Below are positions 12,851 through 24,532 of a stretch of 64,000 bases of DNA, one piece after another; the stretch's first letter is position 1, and the number at the start of each line of letters is the position of its first letter. The notes under the pieces were generated by a model, which saw nothing but the letters and a program-made list of their open reading frames with translations, was not told the origin of the DNA and searched no databases. Source of the DNA: Folioceros fuciformis (lineage: Eukaryota). The position numbers were made by a program, and so were the translations under genes. Where the stretch lies: contig JBNGIO010005723.1 in assembly GCA_049999805.1 (NCBI GenBank), positions 1 through 64,000 on the forward strand, written 5' to 3'.

Positions 12851-14995
12851 GTGTGTACGACCGCCGACCTGGAAGTGTGTTTGTGGCTGTGGTTGCTTGA
12901 CGAGTTTAGGGTGGTGCCAGGACTGACCTTAGGACTAGGGTAAGGGTTTGGGGACCCTGTCATAAGGAGCACCGCAGGTACAAGAATTTCAAAGTGTTGG
13001 GCTTCCGGTACCAGTTCTACCAAAGACTGTTGTCTTGGGCTAGCATTGTGTAGGCGTGTCTGCGTGTAACTGCCCGGTCGATGACGGTGGCCTTCCTCCC
13101 CTGTGCTTCCGTGTTGTCCCGGCCACTACGATCCTCCGCAGCGTCGTGTTGACTTGGAGAGAGTTCATCAGTCTGTAAACATGTCGTCGTGCAGGTCTCC
13201 CCAGAAATCGATGGTGAGCTGAGGCAAAGATGCCCTGAACTCCCCGGATCACTGCGAGTCCGGCATCTTGGAAATGTGACGCTGAGACTATACTTGTCGT
13301 GTCTGTTTTGCAGGTCCGTCCTCTTACCTATCTGTCTTAGTACGACGCCCTGCTGCACAGGGGTGTATGATATCCCTGTCGGAAACTATGGCTTGGTGGA
13401 GGGGAGCTGGATCTCGATAGCTGTCAGTGGGATGACCACAGACATGACAGTTCTCACACGTGATGGACTCTCTTCAAGTCAACAGGACTCTGGGGGAGGA
13501 TTGTCATACTTCGGGTGACACAGACAGTGGAGGGAAAGGTGTGATTCTCGACCAGACCTTGTGCGAAATTTTTGGCAACGAACTCACACACTTTGCCGCT
13601 TGTATGGGTAGGTGAGATTTGAGATTCGCGAGGTTCGCTAGGCGCAGGTCGTCCTCCAGGTTCACTGGCGCCTCTACGTACCTCGGTAAATCGGGCGGGG
13701 GATCCCGATCCAGTTGTTTTGCAGGGTGACATGGAGTACGCGCGGTGACGTCGCGCCTGCAAGAGTGTTTTTGGCAGCGAGATCGGTTTAAGGTCTGGAA
13801 TTTGATGTGGGTACTGCCATGGAACGATCTCGGGCCTCTGGATCTGGGTACGATTGTTGTTTTGGTAAAGGTAGATTGCAAGATTGTTCAGCTGGGGGTC
13901 TACCTTACCGGTTTGGAGGGCAGCGGTTCGCTGATGAGAGTTAAGCGTCGCAGATGTCTACATTGTGGCTAGAAGAGGATGTTTGTGCTATTCTAAATGT
14001 CGATCTCGATCTTATTTGTCGGCTGTTATGTTCCTGTATCACTCGTTCGTGTGTCTGGAACGTCATTGGGGAAGATGAAACATGTGATTGTCTGATTCGT
14101 CTAAACAAAAACGAATGGATATCTTGTAAATTATCAAGTTGTTGCTTGGTGAAAACAAGGCCACTCAAGTGGCGGGCATTATAGGCAAGCAAGCACAAAG
14201 GACCTGGCGAGGACTTGGGCAAGCATGCACAAAGCGTCCAGCAAGCACTATAGGCAGACACAAACCGTCTAGTCATGTACCATCTGCAGAAAACGGAAGT
14301 TGCATCCAATCCCCTTTCCAAAGTTGAGAAGTTGGGATGATATTCCTTATCAAGAAAGGACAGGATGCCTATGGGTCTGGGTTTGCGTCTTCGCTCAAGC
14401 CCGCATCGTCGCGTGAGATCCATCTTAGGAGCACTGAGAGGATGTAGGTTAAGTGTGTTCATTGTCCTCGACATTGCTTAAATTGCATACTCCTTTTTGT
14501 ATTAGAGCAAAAGACAGATGGCACGGTAAATGTGGAGTGGAGAACGATGATATGATTGATATGGACATGAATAATACATATGACATGAATTACGAAAATG
14601 ATGAGGTTCTCATGATCTAAAGTAGTTTGGATTGGTTCACAAACTTGGGTTTCGGCCTGGATCTAAATTGTAACTGGCCATGCTATTCTACTTGGTTTTA
14701 GTAGATTTTTATAGCTGGTAAAAGGTGCACAACATACACTCACACCATGAATGATATAAACAAAACATTAATATACTAGATTTCCGTCCACACATGATTT
14801 TGCATGTTCCTTCACACTTGCGCTCAATTTTGCACCCACCATGAGGCATGACATGTTCAAGTGCTATTATCCATCTCATCCAAAAGATAATATGGNNNNN
14901 NNNNNNNNNNNNNNNNNNNNNNNNNNNNNNNNNNNNNNNNNNNNNNNNNNNNNNNNNNNNNNNNNNNNNNNNNNNNNNNNNNNNNNNNNNNNNNN

Positions 14996-15272
14996 TGGAT
15001 GACGTGGATGACGTGGATGACGTGGATGACGTGGATGACGTGGATGACGTGGATGACGTGGATGACGTGGATGACGTGGATGACGTGGATGACGTGGATG
15101 ACGTGGATGACGTGGATGACGTGGATGACGTGGATGATGATGTGGATGATGTGCCAACATGTGGATGATGTGCCAACATGTGGATGATGTGCCAGCATGT
15201 GGATGATGTGGATGATGTGGATGATGTGCCAGCATGTGGATGATGTGCCAGCATGTGGATGATGTGCCAGCA
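14996..15272. repeat. 9-bp tandem repeat (TGGATGACG)n grading into ~19-bp GATGATGTGCCAGCATGTG units
   Basis: Directly visible; abuts an N gap of about 100 nt at ~14896-14995. Confidence 0.95.
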
Positions 15273-15929
15273 TGTTCCTCTCAGTGCTAGCATTGTCATG
15301 TGTTTAGCATTGTCATGTGTTGTGTTCTTATAGCTACTTATACTGTTAACTATGTTTTATCATGACCATGGGTACACACACATCATATATGTGCATGCCC
15401 AACATTATCAGCTACTCTGGGTCCCCTACCATCATGCATGATAGCTGTCACTTCGTACAGGCAACATATTTGTGATGACAATGTCGTGTTCATGTTCATC
15501 TTTTCTATGCTAACCATAGTCACTCACTGCCAAAGAACTACATTTGTTCATGGCCCTTAACCACAACCCCCTTGCCCAAAGTTGGAGCACACGAAAAAAG
15601 TTCTTTGAGGGGCATATGAACTATTTTAAATGGAGGTGCGATTTGGATGCACTCTATCCTCATATGCATCATTTTTTTATCTTGAGAATGAGAATTGGGC
15701 CTACTCATAGATGGATTGAGTTGGCTGAAAAGTAGGTGACCTTTGTACATTCGATTACTGTATCTTCAGTGAGACCCCATCTGAGCTCACGACGAGACTT
15801 CGAGAAGAGTTTGAGAAGCTTCAAACAGAATGGGACCAAAGCACGCAGGAGACTAAGGCCACCCTCTCGGACCTCTAGAAGGATAGTGTGCCTAGAGGGA
15901 GGAGAAGATGAAATTGGGCTTGCAACTTA

Positions 15930-16195
15930 CAACCACTTACAGACCTGGTGTTGTTCTCAACAGGTCTCTGATTCTCAACACCAGCCACCATACATGCGCC
16001 ATGACAAGCAGCGTAGTCCAGGTCGATGTGAACTAGCTTTGTTCCATCTCCTGCTCTGTAAATCGTGTGTACTTCCAGCCTGCACAACCTCGTTTGCCAA
16101 AATGAGAGCCACGCAAACTGCCCATCCTGCATGAGAAGCACGCAAACTGCCCATCAAGCACGCCAATCCTACATGAGAGGCACACAAACTGCCGT
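15930..16195 (-). pseudogene. Inverted, degenerate partial copy of the ALG14 gene (intron plus exon sequence)
   Basis: Reverse complement matches ~27836-28080, e.g. GGCGTGCTTGATG.GCAGTTTGCGTGC.TCTCATG and CAGGCTGGAAGTAC...GATTTACAG...ACAAAGCTA.TTCACATCGA.CTGGAC.ACGCT...GGTGGCTGGTGTTGAGAATCAGA. Confidence 0.85.
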
Positions 16196-16196
16196 C

Positions 16197-16329
16197 GGTG
16201 AATCCGGCTCCCAACGACCTGCAGCTGCGTAAAGTCGAACGGAGCTCCCGCCACAGGTTTGATCTCAACGGTAAGAATGAGCTTTTCATTCACTGGGTTG
16301 ATGTGGTCCCCGAATATCTGTATCTCGTG
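16197..16329 (-). pseudogene. Isolated fragment of an aldose 1-epimerase (galactose mutarotase) coding exon
   Basis: HEIQIFGDHINPVNEKLILTVEIKPVAGAPFDFTQLQVVGSRIH resembles the H-x-L/I-QI...TPVD..LIPTGEI.PV.GTPFDF....IGSRI segment of the family. Confidence 0.8.
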
Positions 16330-16782
16330 CAGTGGTGTTCCACTTGTTTGGAGAAATGATGGATGGTGTACAGCCATCCGGCATCACATTCCTGTGTGTA
16401 CTAACAGCTTGCGGTCATTGAGGCCTGATGAAGGAAGGACAAGAGTACTTCTCAGCTATGAGCAGAGACTACGGCATCAATCCAACAGCAGAGCGCTACA
16501 CATGCATAGTGGATCTCTTGGGTCGTGCAGGCCAATTGTACGAAGCGAAGCACTAGCTGTGATAAGCAGTGTGCCTGTGCCGCCTAATGCTCCAGTTTGG
16601 CACACTCTACTGGGTGCTTGTCGAAAGTGGAGCAACATTGAGGTCGGACTACGCGCCTTTCATGAAGCAGTGAAGCTGGACAAATAGGACGCCGCAGCAT
16701 ATGTGCTAATGTCGGGCATCTACACCGGCTCCCAGATGTGGGAGTAGGCGCATGACTTGCAGGCAAGGAAGATATAGTCAGG
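16327..16782 (+). pseudogene. Recent partial duplicate of the 3' end (P2-L2-S2-E1-E2) of the PPR gene at 18834-21677
   Basis: Near-identical to ~21130-21582 but with TGA/TAG stops and small indels, including a CGAAG duplication. Confidence 0.93.
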
Positions 16783-16789
16783 TAGTGCA

Positions 16790-16960
16790 GCTGCAACGAG
16801 TAGCCCTTCTTTGATGCCCCACTGCTTGCAGAGGTTTCTGAAGGCACGCTAATGTCACGTGGCTGTCCATTATCAGCTCCTCCTGCTGAACTTGTGCATA
16901 TACATAAAGTGCCTCATAGCCGAGCGGGAAGAAGATGCTCATAGCATAGTTCACATGTGG
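16790..16960 (-). pseudogene. Short PPR P/L-motif remnant
   Basis: GYEALYVYAQVQQEELIMDSHVT followed by frameshifted ..ASSGASKKG..LH. Confidence 0.5.
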
Positions 16961-18833
16961 TCGTCCCACGTGAAAAGCAGTGTACCCGATGCTGCTGTAG
17001 TGCCTGCCTCCGTGGTGAGATTTGAAGGGGAGTTTTGTTTGCAGGAATAACCATGTGGCTGATAGGGAGGATCGGACCTTGACCAAAGGGCTTAATCGTA
17101 CAGCCGGTCGGAGCAAGAGCTTGGGTAGTTGTTAATGACCAATAAGATCGGTGATTGTCATTGCTTTGTTGGTTACTAGCGTGAATGTATATTCCTTCTT
17201 TTCACCAATGACTTGTAGTGCAGTTTTGTGTGGCAGTTTCAGTGAGGGCTGAACAAAACAATGCGCGAGGACAGCGATACTGATGTTGATATCACCATCC
17301 CCGTGGTGGTATTGCCCCAAGATGTTGAATGCAGGTGGTATGTACCTGCACTATCGTAGATTTATTTGCTGCGGCCGCAGCAGTATCGTGTTCCTACTCT
17401 TTATCCTGTGTTTACAATGAGAGCTCTTCTTCTCTCCCCAACTCAGCCAACCGGACTTTTTGGATGTGCGGAATGTTTCTCTTGCTTTCTGACGGTTGGT
17501 ACTACCCAGAAGGCTTGAACTTCTTGGTCTGCATGGTGGAGTGTAAAAGAAACGAAGATTAAAGGTGTGCTGATGGGCTGCAAGGCCAACTTGTATCAGA
17601 TAGCCCACCTGCTTGACTTACCTGCTATGCATGGCATGAATAGAGGCAACCCAATCGCAAGGAGCGGGGCTGCTGTCATCTGAATTGGAGTACTCTAAGG
17701 GACTACTCCCACTGCATAAGACGGACATCTCATAAACGATGCGGGAAGGCCTGCATGCCTCCTTTAGAAGGAAATGATCGAAATGCAGCACTAGAAACTC
17801 CTCAACGAAAACCAAGACCTCCTCTACGTTAGGATGTCTGAATGGGATGTCTTGGTCACGGCAGCTTTCAGACTTGGCGTGTCATATTATTTAAGCAGAT
17901 TCATTGATTGCTGCATGCACCTATACACCATGAGCTGTTTCTGTTCTGTGGTTCTTATCATCAGGTTTGGTGTGCTTGGTGTGCCGCCAGTGAAAGCATA
18001 ATCTGGAAGGCGTGCAGTCCCCGCACCGTCAACAGCGGTCATGGCCTGAGCTCAGTTCGAAGGTGCAGCTGTTGCCCTTCACCATGCGGCCTTCCTCAAG
18101 GGTGGAACGGTACAGGCACTGAAACATGCCTTCTTCAGGCAGGAGCTTGGCAATACTATCGACGCTTCTCGCTTGCGAGTGTCCCAGACGGAGGAGGGAG
18201 TCAGATCGTTTGGGAGTCAACCGCTACGACGGTGGAAGCACCATGTAGATATGACGCGTGGAGGTAGACTACCTGATTCAGATCAGCAAGACCACCCTCC
18301 ACAACACCCAATGACAAATGTTCTGTTGCCACGCCAGCTAAGGCAATGCATGAGAACTTATCCCGCATGTGCTGAACACTCCTGGAGTCTTCAGCACAAA
18401 AGCAACTTGCAGTGGAACTCATCCTACAAAGGAAAAGATAGTTTTCCAAACTCAGGACGAACGCAAGGAATGTTTAGCACTACAGCATTGGAAGATGGAA
18501 GCAAGCCTTTAGCCAATCTGGAGGAAAGGTACCTCTTCCTGAAGCTGAAAATCAACGAAAGGAGTTTCTGCTTGAACAACTTCCCTTCGGCGAGTCATGG
18601 CTGCCTGTCGCCCTGTACTTCATTCCTACCAAGGACAGCACGGCCTCTCGTGGCAGCAGCTTTTTTGGATCCAACAACTGCATATCGCTGGGACGAGACG
18701 TGACCTAGGAAGAGCTATTGCGCGGATGGGCTGGGAGGTCGAGTACTTCCGATAGGCTGACGGGTCGCGGTGCATGTTTATCCAGCTAGGACGTGCTGGA
18801 TGATCATGACCCTTGTAGGCCTGCAGGATACGA

Positions 18834-21677
18834 ATGACGACTGAATTGGTGAGCCAGCTATGTCACCAGGGCCAGCTCACCGAAGCTGTCGAGGCTCTGG
18901 GTGTCCTGGTCCAGAAAGATTGCCCTGTTTCTCGGCCTTTCTTTTACAATGTACTGAAGAAATGTGTTGTTGAGAAGGATCTGGTTCTGGGTCGCCTTGT
19001 CCATGCCCTCGCAGTGCGCAAGGGGTATGAGTCGGATACGTTCCTGTGCAACCACATCCTGCGAATGTATGCTTCGCATGCCAGGTTGCAAGAAGCGATG
19101 GATGTGTTCACCATGGTAGCTGACCCAGACGTCTTCATGTGGTCTGCTGTCATTTCTTGCCATGTTAAACTCGGACAACGTAAGCAGGCCGTACAGCTGT
19201 ATCGTGGTATGCGCAGGTCCAGTGTGAAGCCTGATGGCCATGTGTTCGTCGCAGCCCTTCAGGCCTGTGCGAGGGCGGGAGACTTGGAAACTGGGAAGCT
19301 GGTGCATGATGATGTTTTGGCCAGCGGGGTTGAGCCTGATCTGTTTGTTTGTAATGCATTGGTAGACATGTATGCGAAATGTGGCAGCTTGGAAGATGCA
19401 CAAAGGGTCTTTGACGGACTTGCTGAGAAAGATTCTGTGACTTGGACAGCTCTAATAGCAGGATATTGCCAGCAAGGCATGGGCCATGAAGCTCTTCGTC
19501 TTTGGAGTGGTATGCAGGACGAAGGCATCACCGCACCTGATTCTGTCACGTTCGTATGCCTCCTGCAGGCGTGTGCTAGTGTGGGTTTCTCAGCTTTAGA
19601 GAAGGGAAAGCAGCTTCATGCACAGATTCGGCACCGAGGAGTCGTGGATGATGTGCTTGTGGCTAACAGTCTGGTAAACATGTATGCAAAGTGTGGCAGC
19701 TTGGAAGATGCTCAGAGGATATTTGACGGGCTTGTCCAGAAAGATGTGGTTACGTGGAATGCCATGATCACAGGATATGCCAAGTGCGGCAGTTTACAGG
19801 ACGCTCAGCGCTTGTTTGAAGGGTTTGGTAAGAAAAATGTGGTGACTTGGAACACCATGATCGCAGGCTATTCCCAGCAGGGCATGGGTCTGGAGGCCCT
19901 TCGCCTTTATCACGCAATGAAAGACGAAGGGATCACTTCGCCTGATTCTGTGACATTTGTTTGCCTCCTGCAGGCATGCACAAGTGTGGGCAAGGTCGCC
20001 TTGGACGATGGATTGCAGCTTCATGTGCAGATTAGACAACAAGGATTTCAAGGTGATGTGTCTATAGCTAACAGTCTGGTAAACATGTATGCAAAGTGCA
20101 GCAACTTGAAAGAGGCACGAGCAGTGTTTGACGATCTGCCCCAGAAGGATGTGGTGACCTGGACCACTCTGATAGCGGGATATACCCAGCAGGGCATGGG
20201 TGATGAAGCCCTTCTTCTATACAAAGCTATGCAAAACGAAGGGATTAGTGCACCTGATGCTGTGACATTTGTGTGCCTCCTGCAAGCTTGTGCAAGCGTA
20301 GGCATCCCGGCATTGAAGACTGGGAGGCAGCTGCATGGACAGATCAGAGAGAGAGGGCTTCAGGGTGATATCTTTGTAGCCAACAGCTTGGTGAACATGT
20401 ATGCAAAATGTGGAAGCTTAGTGGCTGCTCAGATTGTGTTCGATGGACTTGGTCACAAGAATGCGGTGACATGGAATACAATGATAGCCGGGTGCTCCCA
20501 ACATGGCATGGGACAGGAAGCGCTCCATCTCTACAGGGCTATGCAAGAAGACAGCACTGTCGTACCCAATTCTGTGACATTTGCAAGCCTCCTGCAGGCA
20601 TGTGCAACGCTGGGCACCGTTGCTTTGGAGAAGGGGAAGCAGCTTCATGCTCACATGAGAGAGCAAGGACTTGAAGCAGATGTGTTTGTAGCCACCAGCT
20701 TGGTAAACATGTACGCAAAGTGCGGCAGCCTAGAGAATGCACAGCTCGTGTTCGATGGACTTGATGAAAAAGCCACGGTATTGTGGAGCACCTTGATAGC
20801 AGGGTACTCCCAGCAGGGCATGGACCAGCAGGCCCTGCACCTTTACTGGGCTATGCAGAAAGAAGGCATTGCCGCAACAGACCGTGTGACATTCATATGC
20901 CTCCTACAGGCATGCGCAAATGTGGCTGCTTTGGACCTGGGAAGGCAGCTTCATGCACAGATTGAAGAACAAGGCCTTCAGGCTGATGTTCTTGTAGGTG
21001 TCAGTTTGATGAACATGTATACAAAGTCTGGGAGCACAACTGACGCACAGCAAGTGTTCGATGCACTGCCAGTAAGAGACGAAGTTGCCTGGAATTCTCT
21101 GATTTCAGGCTACACCCGTCAAGGAGACAGTGCAGTGGTGTTCCACTTGTTTCAGAACATGATCAAGGATGGTGTACAGCCATCCGGCATCACATTCCTG
21201 TGTATACTAACAGCTTGCAGTCATGCAGGCCAAGTGAAGGAGGGACATGAGTACTTCTCAGCTATGAGCAGAGACTATGGCATCACTCCAACAGCAGAGC
21301 ACTACACATGCATGGTGGATCTCTTGGGTCGTGCAGGCCAATTGGACGAAGCACTAGCTGTGATAAGCAGTATTCCTGTGCCGCCTAATGCTCCAGTTTG
21401 GCACACTCTACTGGGCGCTTGTCGCAAGTGGAGCAACGTTGATGTCGGACTCCGTGCCTTTCATGAAGCAGTGAAGCTGGACAAAAAGGACGCCGCAGCA
21501 TATGTGCTAATGTCGGGCATATACACTGGCGCCCAGATGTGGGAGCAGGCGCGTGACTTGCAGGCAAGGAGGATATTCATCGGGGCATCCAAGCAACCAG
21601 GCCAGACGTGGTGGACAGACATGGACGGACTAGTCCATAGCTTTTGGGTCGGGAATAGGATGGCTCCTGAGTCCTGA
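18834..21677 (+). CDS. PLS-class PPR protein, E1-E2 plus truncated WW-type DYW start (E+), putative organellar RNA-editing factor
   Basis: P-L-S triplets, one SS motif, HYTCMVDLLGRAG (S2), VWHTLLGACRKW (E1), AAYVLMSGIY (E2), KQPGQTWWTDMDGLVHSFWVG then stop; true start may lie upstream. Confidence 0.95.
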   Translation: MTTELVSQLCHQGQLTEAVEALGVLVQKDCPVSRPFFYNVLKKCVVEKDLVLGRLVHALAVRKGYESDTFLCNHILRMYASHARLQEAMDVFTMVADPDVFMWSAVISCHVKLGQRKQAVQLYRGMRRSSVKPDGHVFVAALQACARAGDLETGKLVHDDVLASGVEPDLFVCNALVDMYAKCGSLEDAQRVFDGLAEKDSVTWTALIAGYCQQGMGHEALRLWSGMQDEGITAPDSVTFVCLLQACASVGFSALEKGKQLHAQIRHRGVVDDVLVANSLVNMYAKCGSLEDAQRIFDGLVQKDVVTWNAMITGYAKCGSLQDAQRLFEGFGKKNVVTWNTMIAGYSQQGMGLEALRLYHAMKDEGITSPDSVTFVCLLQACTSVGKVALDDGLQLHVQIRQQGFQGDVSIANSLVNMYAKCSNLKEARAVFDDLPQKDVVTWTTLIAGYTQQGMGDEALLLYKAMQNEGISAPDAVTFVCLLQACASVGIPALKTGRQLHGQIRERGLQGDIFVANSLVNMYAKCGSLVAAQIVFDGLGHKNAVTWNTMIAGCSQHGMGQEALHLYRAMQEDSTVVPNSVTFASLLQACATLGTVALEKGKQLHAHMREQGLEADVFVATSLVNMYAKCGSLENAQLVFDGLDEKATVLWSTLIAGYSQQGMDQQALHLYWAMQKEGIAATDRVTFICLLQACANVAALDLGRQLHAQIEEQGLQADVLVGVSLMNMYTKSGSTTDAQQVFDALPVRDEVAWNSLISGYTRQGDSAVVFHLFQNMIKDGVQPSGITFLCILTACSHAGQVKEGHEYFSAMSRDYGITPTAEHYTCMVDLLGRAGQLDEALAVISSIPVPPNAPVWHTLLGACRKWSNVDVGLRAFHEAVKLDKKDAAAYVLMSGIYTGAQMWEQARDLQARRIFIGASKQPGQTWWTDMDGLVHSFWVGNRMAPES

Positions 21678-22050
21678 TAGGAAAGCTGCATGCCACAACC
21701 CTTTTCCCCACGCCTGGTAGCACCTGTGGGGCTTGCAACTTCTGAAAGAGAGACGGTGAACTCTGTCTTGTCCATCTCAACAAACATCTTCTTTCCAGAG
21801 TTTGGAACATGCTCAGTTGTCCAGAGCTACCCAAGAGCACAGCCTACCTTGGACGGGAACACTACTGATACACAGTTCATGCAAATGCAGCAAATGCAGA
21901 AGAGCCTGGAAATGGAAAGAGTGTCTTGCTGGGCTGGCCACAAAGGAACTTGGATCGAAGCAAAACACTACAATCTACATGAAACGCCATGACAACCTTG
22001 AATCTTTGTTGCGGACAACATCAATACGCTAATCATCACTCCTATCTCTC

Positions 22051-22226
22051 AAGGTAGGACAACCTTAATCCTAAATCGCAAGGTAGGACAACCTTAATCC
22101 TAACTCGCAACCTTAATCCTAACTCGCAAGGTAGGACAACCTTAATCCTAACTCGCAAGGTAGGACAACNNNNNNNNNNGTAGGACAACCTTAATCCTAA
22201 CTCGCAAGGTAGGACAACCTTAATCC
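22051..22226. repeat. 29-bp tandem repeat AAGGTAGGACAACCTTAATCCTAACTCGC, N gap inside
   Basis: About six units visible, one internally deleted. Confidence 0.92.
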
Positions 22227-22721
22227 CAAGTCATAAGGCAAGATTTTTCTCTTGGACTCTTTCCAGATAATAGATGTGATGAAAGGAAAACTTGATCAAG
22301 TATATAGAGTGATGGTTTTGTGACTCTTCTTGGATATACAATGCAAAGAAAACCCTTAACCCTAAAACTACAACTAGACAATGTGTTTAGAGTGATGTTT
22401 TGTGGCTTGCATTTGATACAAGTAACACAAAGAAATATGTCAAAATTTTAGGCTTACGTATGTAATATAAGCTTAGCTTTTGATGTCTCCTTAATTATTA
22501 TAATAAAAATATTCAAACTCTCATAATTATTTACCTGATCCTTATCAAGAAAAGAACTAGTAAACTTTTAATGTCAAACTTTTATGTAACACTTCTTATT
22601 AGGTCTTTGGAGCTATCTGCTTGTAAACAGATAGAGTGAACTCCTACTCTTGCATTAATCCGTGACCTTTTGTACTAGGTATGTAGAGCGGCTCTTTAAG
22701 GTGTAGAGAGTGACTTTCTAT

Positions 22722-22833
22722 TTATGTGGAGCGCCTTTCTATATGTGTGGAGCGCCCTATATGTGTGGAGCGCGTTTTTATGTGTGTGGAGCGCGTTTTT
22801 ATATGTGTGGAGCGCCTTATTATGTGTGTGGAG
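22722..22833. repeat. ~21-bp tandem repeat TATATGTGTGGAGCGCGTTTT
   Basis: Five to six degenerate units. Confidence 0.85.
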
Positions 22834-23496
22834 CTTTGGAGAGGCCTTGGACGGGCAGTGGAGTGTGGAGGGGCCTTCGTAGGTCTGTGGAGCTTTGGAT
22901 CTAGGAGCGGCCTTATTCGGTCAGTGGAGCAACTTGCCCTGTGGATCACCTGCTCTACAGATCATGGATTGCTAGGTGTGTGGAGAGGCCTGCGAGTGGT
23001 GGAATGTGTGTCGGCCCTGATTCATGGTCTATTTGTTGTAAGATCTTAGGAGTGGCCTGTATACGCGTTGTTGAACTTGACTTGGTGTGGTATCATAGTA
23101 TGTGGGGTTGCGTGTAACTAGAATTGCATGCTTCTTGGAGCAACCAGTCCGAATAGCTACTATGATCTACCTCTGTAGATGCTTGAATCTTAGATTGTTG
23201 TCATCATGACGCGTCTTCCTCTCTACAATTTTGAATAAATACTTGAGTCTGATGCCCTCGAATTGTCACTTCTGGCTCAAGGTCACTTCTATGGCTTGGT
23301 GAGAATAATGCACTTGACTTGTTGCTTAGGTAGCTTGACTTTTGTGTTTGTGGAGTTAAGTTCTTTGTTAGAAAGTAATAAGTGATAGCTATCACAGATA
23401 CTTGCATGCCATGCACATGCATCTTGATTTGTGGGGTTTAATGCTACATTTGAAAGTAGCAAGCAACAGTGGTCGCAGATACACTCCATGCGGTGT

Positions 23497-23680
23497 GCAT
23501 GCAGATATGTAGCTTAATTTGTGCAGTGCTACATGCAGATATGTAGCTTAATTTGTGCAGTGCGCATGCAGATATGTANNNNNNNNNNCATGCAGATATG
23601 TAGCTTAATTTGTGCAGTGCGCATGCAGATATGTAGCTTAATTTGTGCAGTGCGCATGTAGATATGTAGCTTAATTTATG
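23497..23680. repeat. 33-bp tandem repeat GCATGCAGATATGTAGCTTAATTTGTGCAGTGC, N gap inside, embedded in longer degenerate repeats (~23300-24070)
   Basis: Directly visible units; the flanks repeat TTTGAAAGTAG...CATGTAGCTTGATTTGTGGGG. Confidence 0.88.
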
Positions 23681-24532
23681 CGGCTCAAGCAGTGACCATG
23701 CAGACATGTAGCTTGATTTGTGGGGTTTAGTTTTGCGTTTGAAAGTAGCTAGCAATAGCGGTAGCCAATACATGCATGTTGTGCACATGTAGCTTTGACT
23801 TCCAGTGTTTAGCTCAGCATTTCAAAGTAGCAAGTAATAGTGGTCATAGATACAAGCATTGCTCATGTAGCTTTGATTTGTGGGGTCACTTTCTTCATTT
23901 GAAAGGAGTAGGAGCAATAGTGGTGGTAGGTTTGTGCATTGCTCATGTAGTTTGATTTTTGAGATTGAGTTCTCTATTTGAAAGTCCAAGCCATAGTAGT
24001 GGCAGATACATGCATTGTTCATGTAGCTTGACTTGTGCGGCTGAGTTCTTCATTTGAAAGTGGTAGTTAGTGATAGGATACTTGCAGTGTTATTTTGTTC
24101 TAAGCATGACTTTGTCTTTGGCATGAAGTATCTTTGTCTTTGAACTCATATATGTGCATGTAGAAATGTCCATGTGTTTGACTTGTGATTATTTAAATAA
24201 GTAATTCTAACTTGAATTTGGGCTTGAATCCTTATCCTTGGCCAAAGAAACAATGAAGTGTGTATAGCATGTTTGACATGTCATGTAGGGCCGGTGTTTA
24301 TTTTAAGCATATCTTTAAACATGGTTATTCTTTTCATTATATTTTTATCATTGTTTTCAAAAAATTAGGTGAGTTTTTTAAATTTATATAATATAGCTTG
24401 TTCACCAGAAACTAATTCTCTTTTGAATTGTGTTGAATTCTCGCTTCGGTTAACTAGCCTAATTTAGCATCTCTTAATGGCTCATAGCCCCCTTCTAATG
24501 AATGTGAAGGTACTTTAGTCCTTTTACCGCCC

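Noticed and set aside
13017-14474. Series of minus-strand ORFs as a gene, retroelement or viral insert
   Set aside because: No RT, integrase or other recognisable motif; cannot be supported
14709-15299. ORFs with DDV, HPR, TSS or MTW repeats
   Set aside because: Translations of a 9-bp satellite across an N gap
17132-17800. Possible subtilase C-terminal fragment (VQPSL...GEKKEYTFTL, WLSWG)
   Set aside because: Resemblance too short and out of order to call without a search
21678-22030. Split DYW deaminase downstream of the PPR stop
   Set aside because: No HxE, CxxC or DYW-like ending seen in the frames inspected
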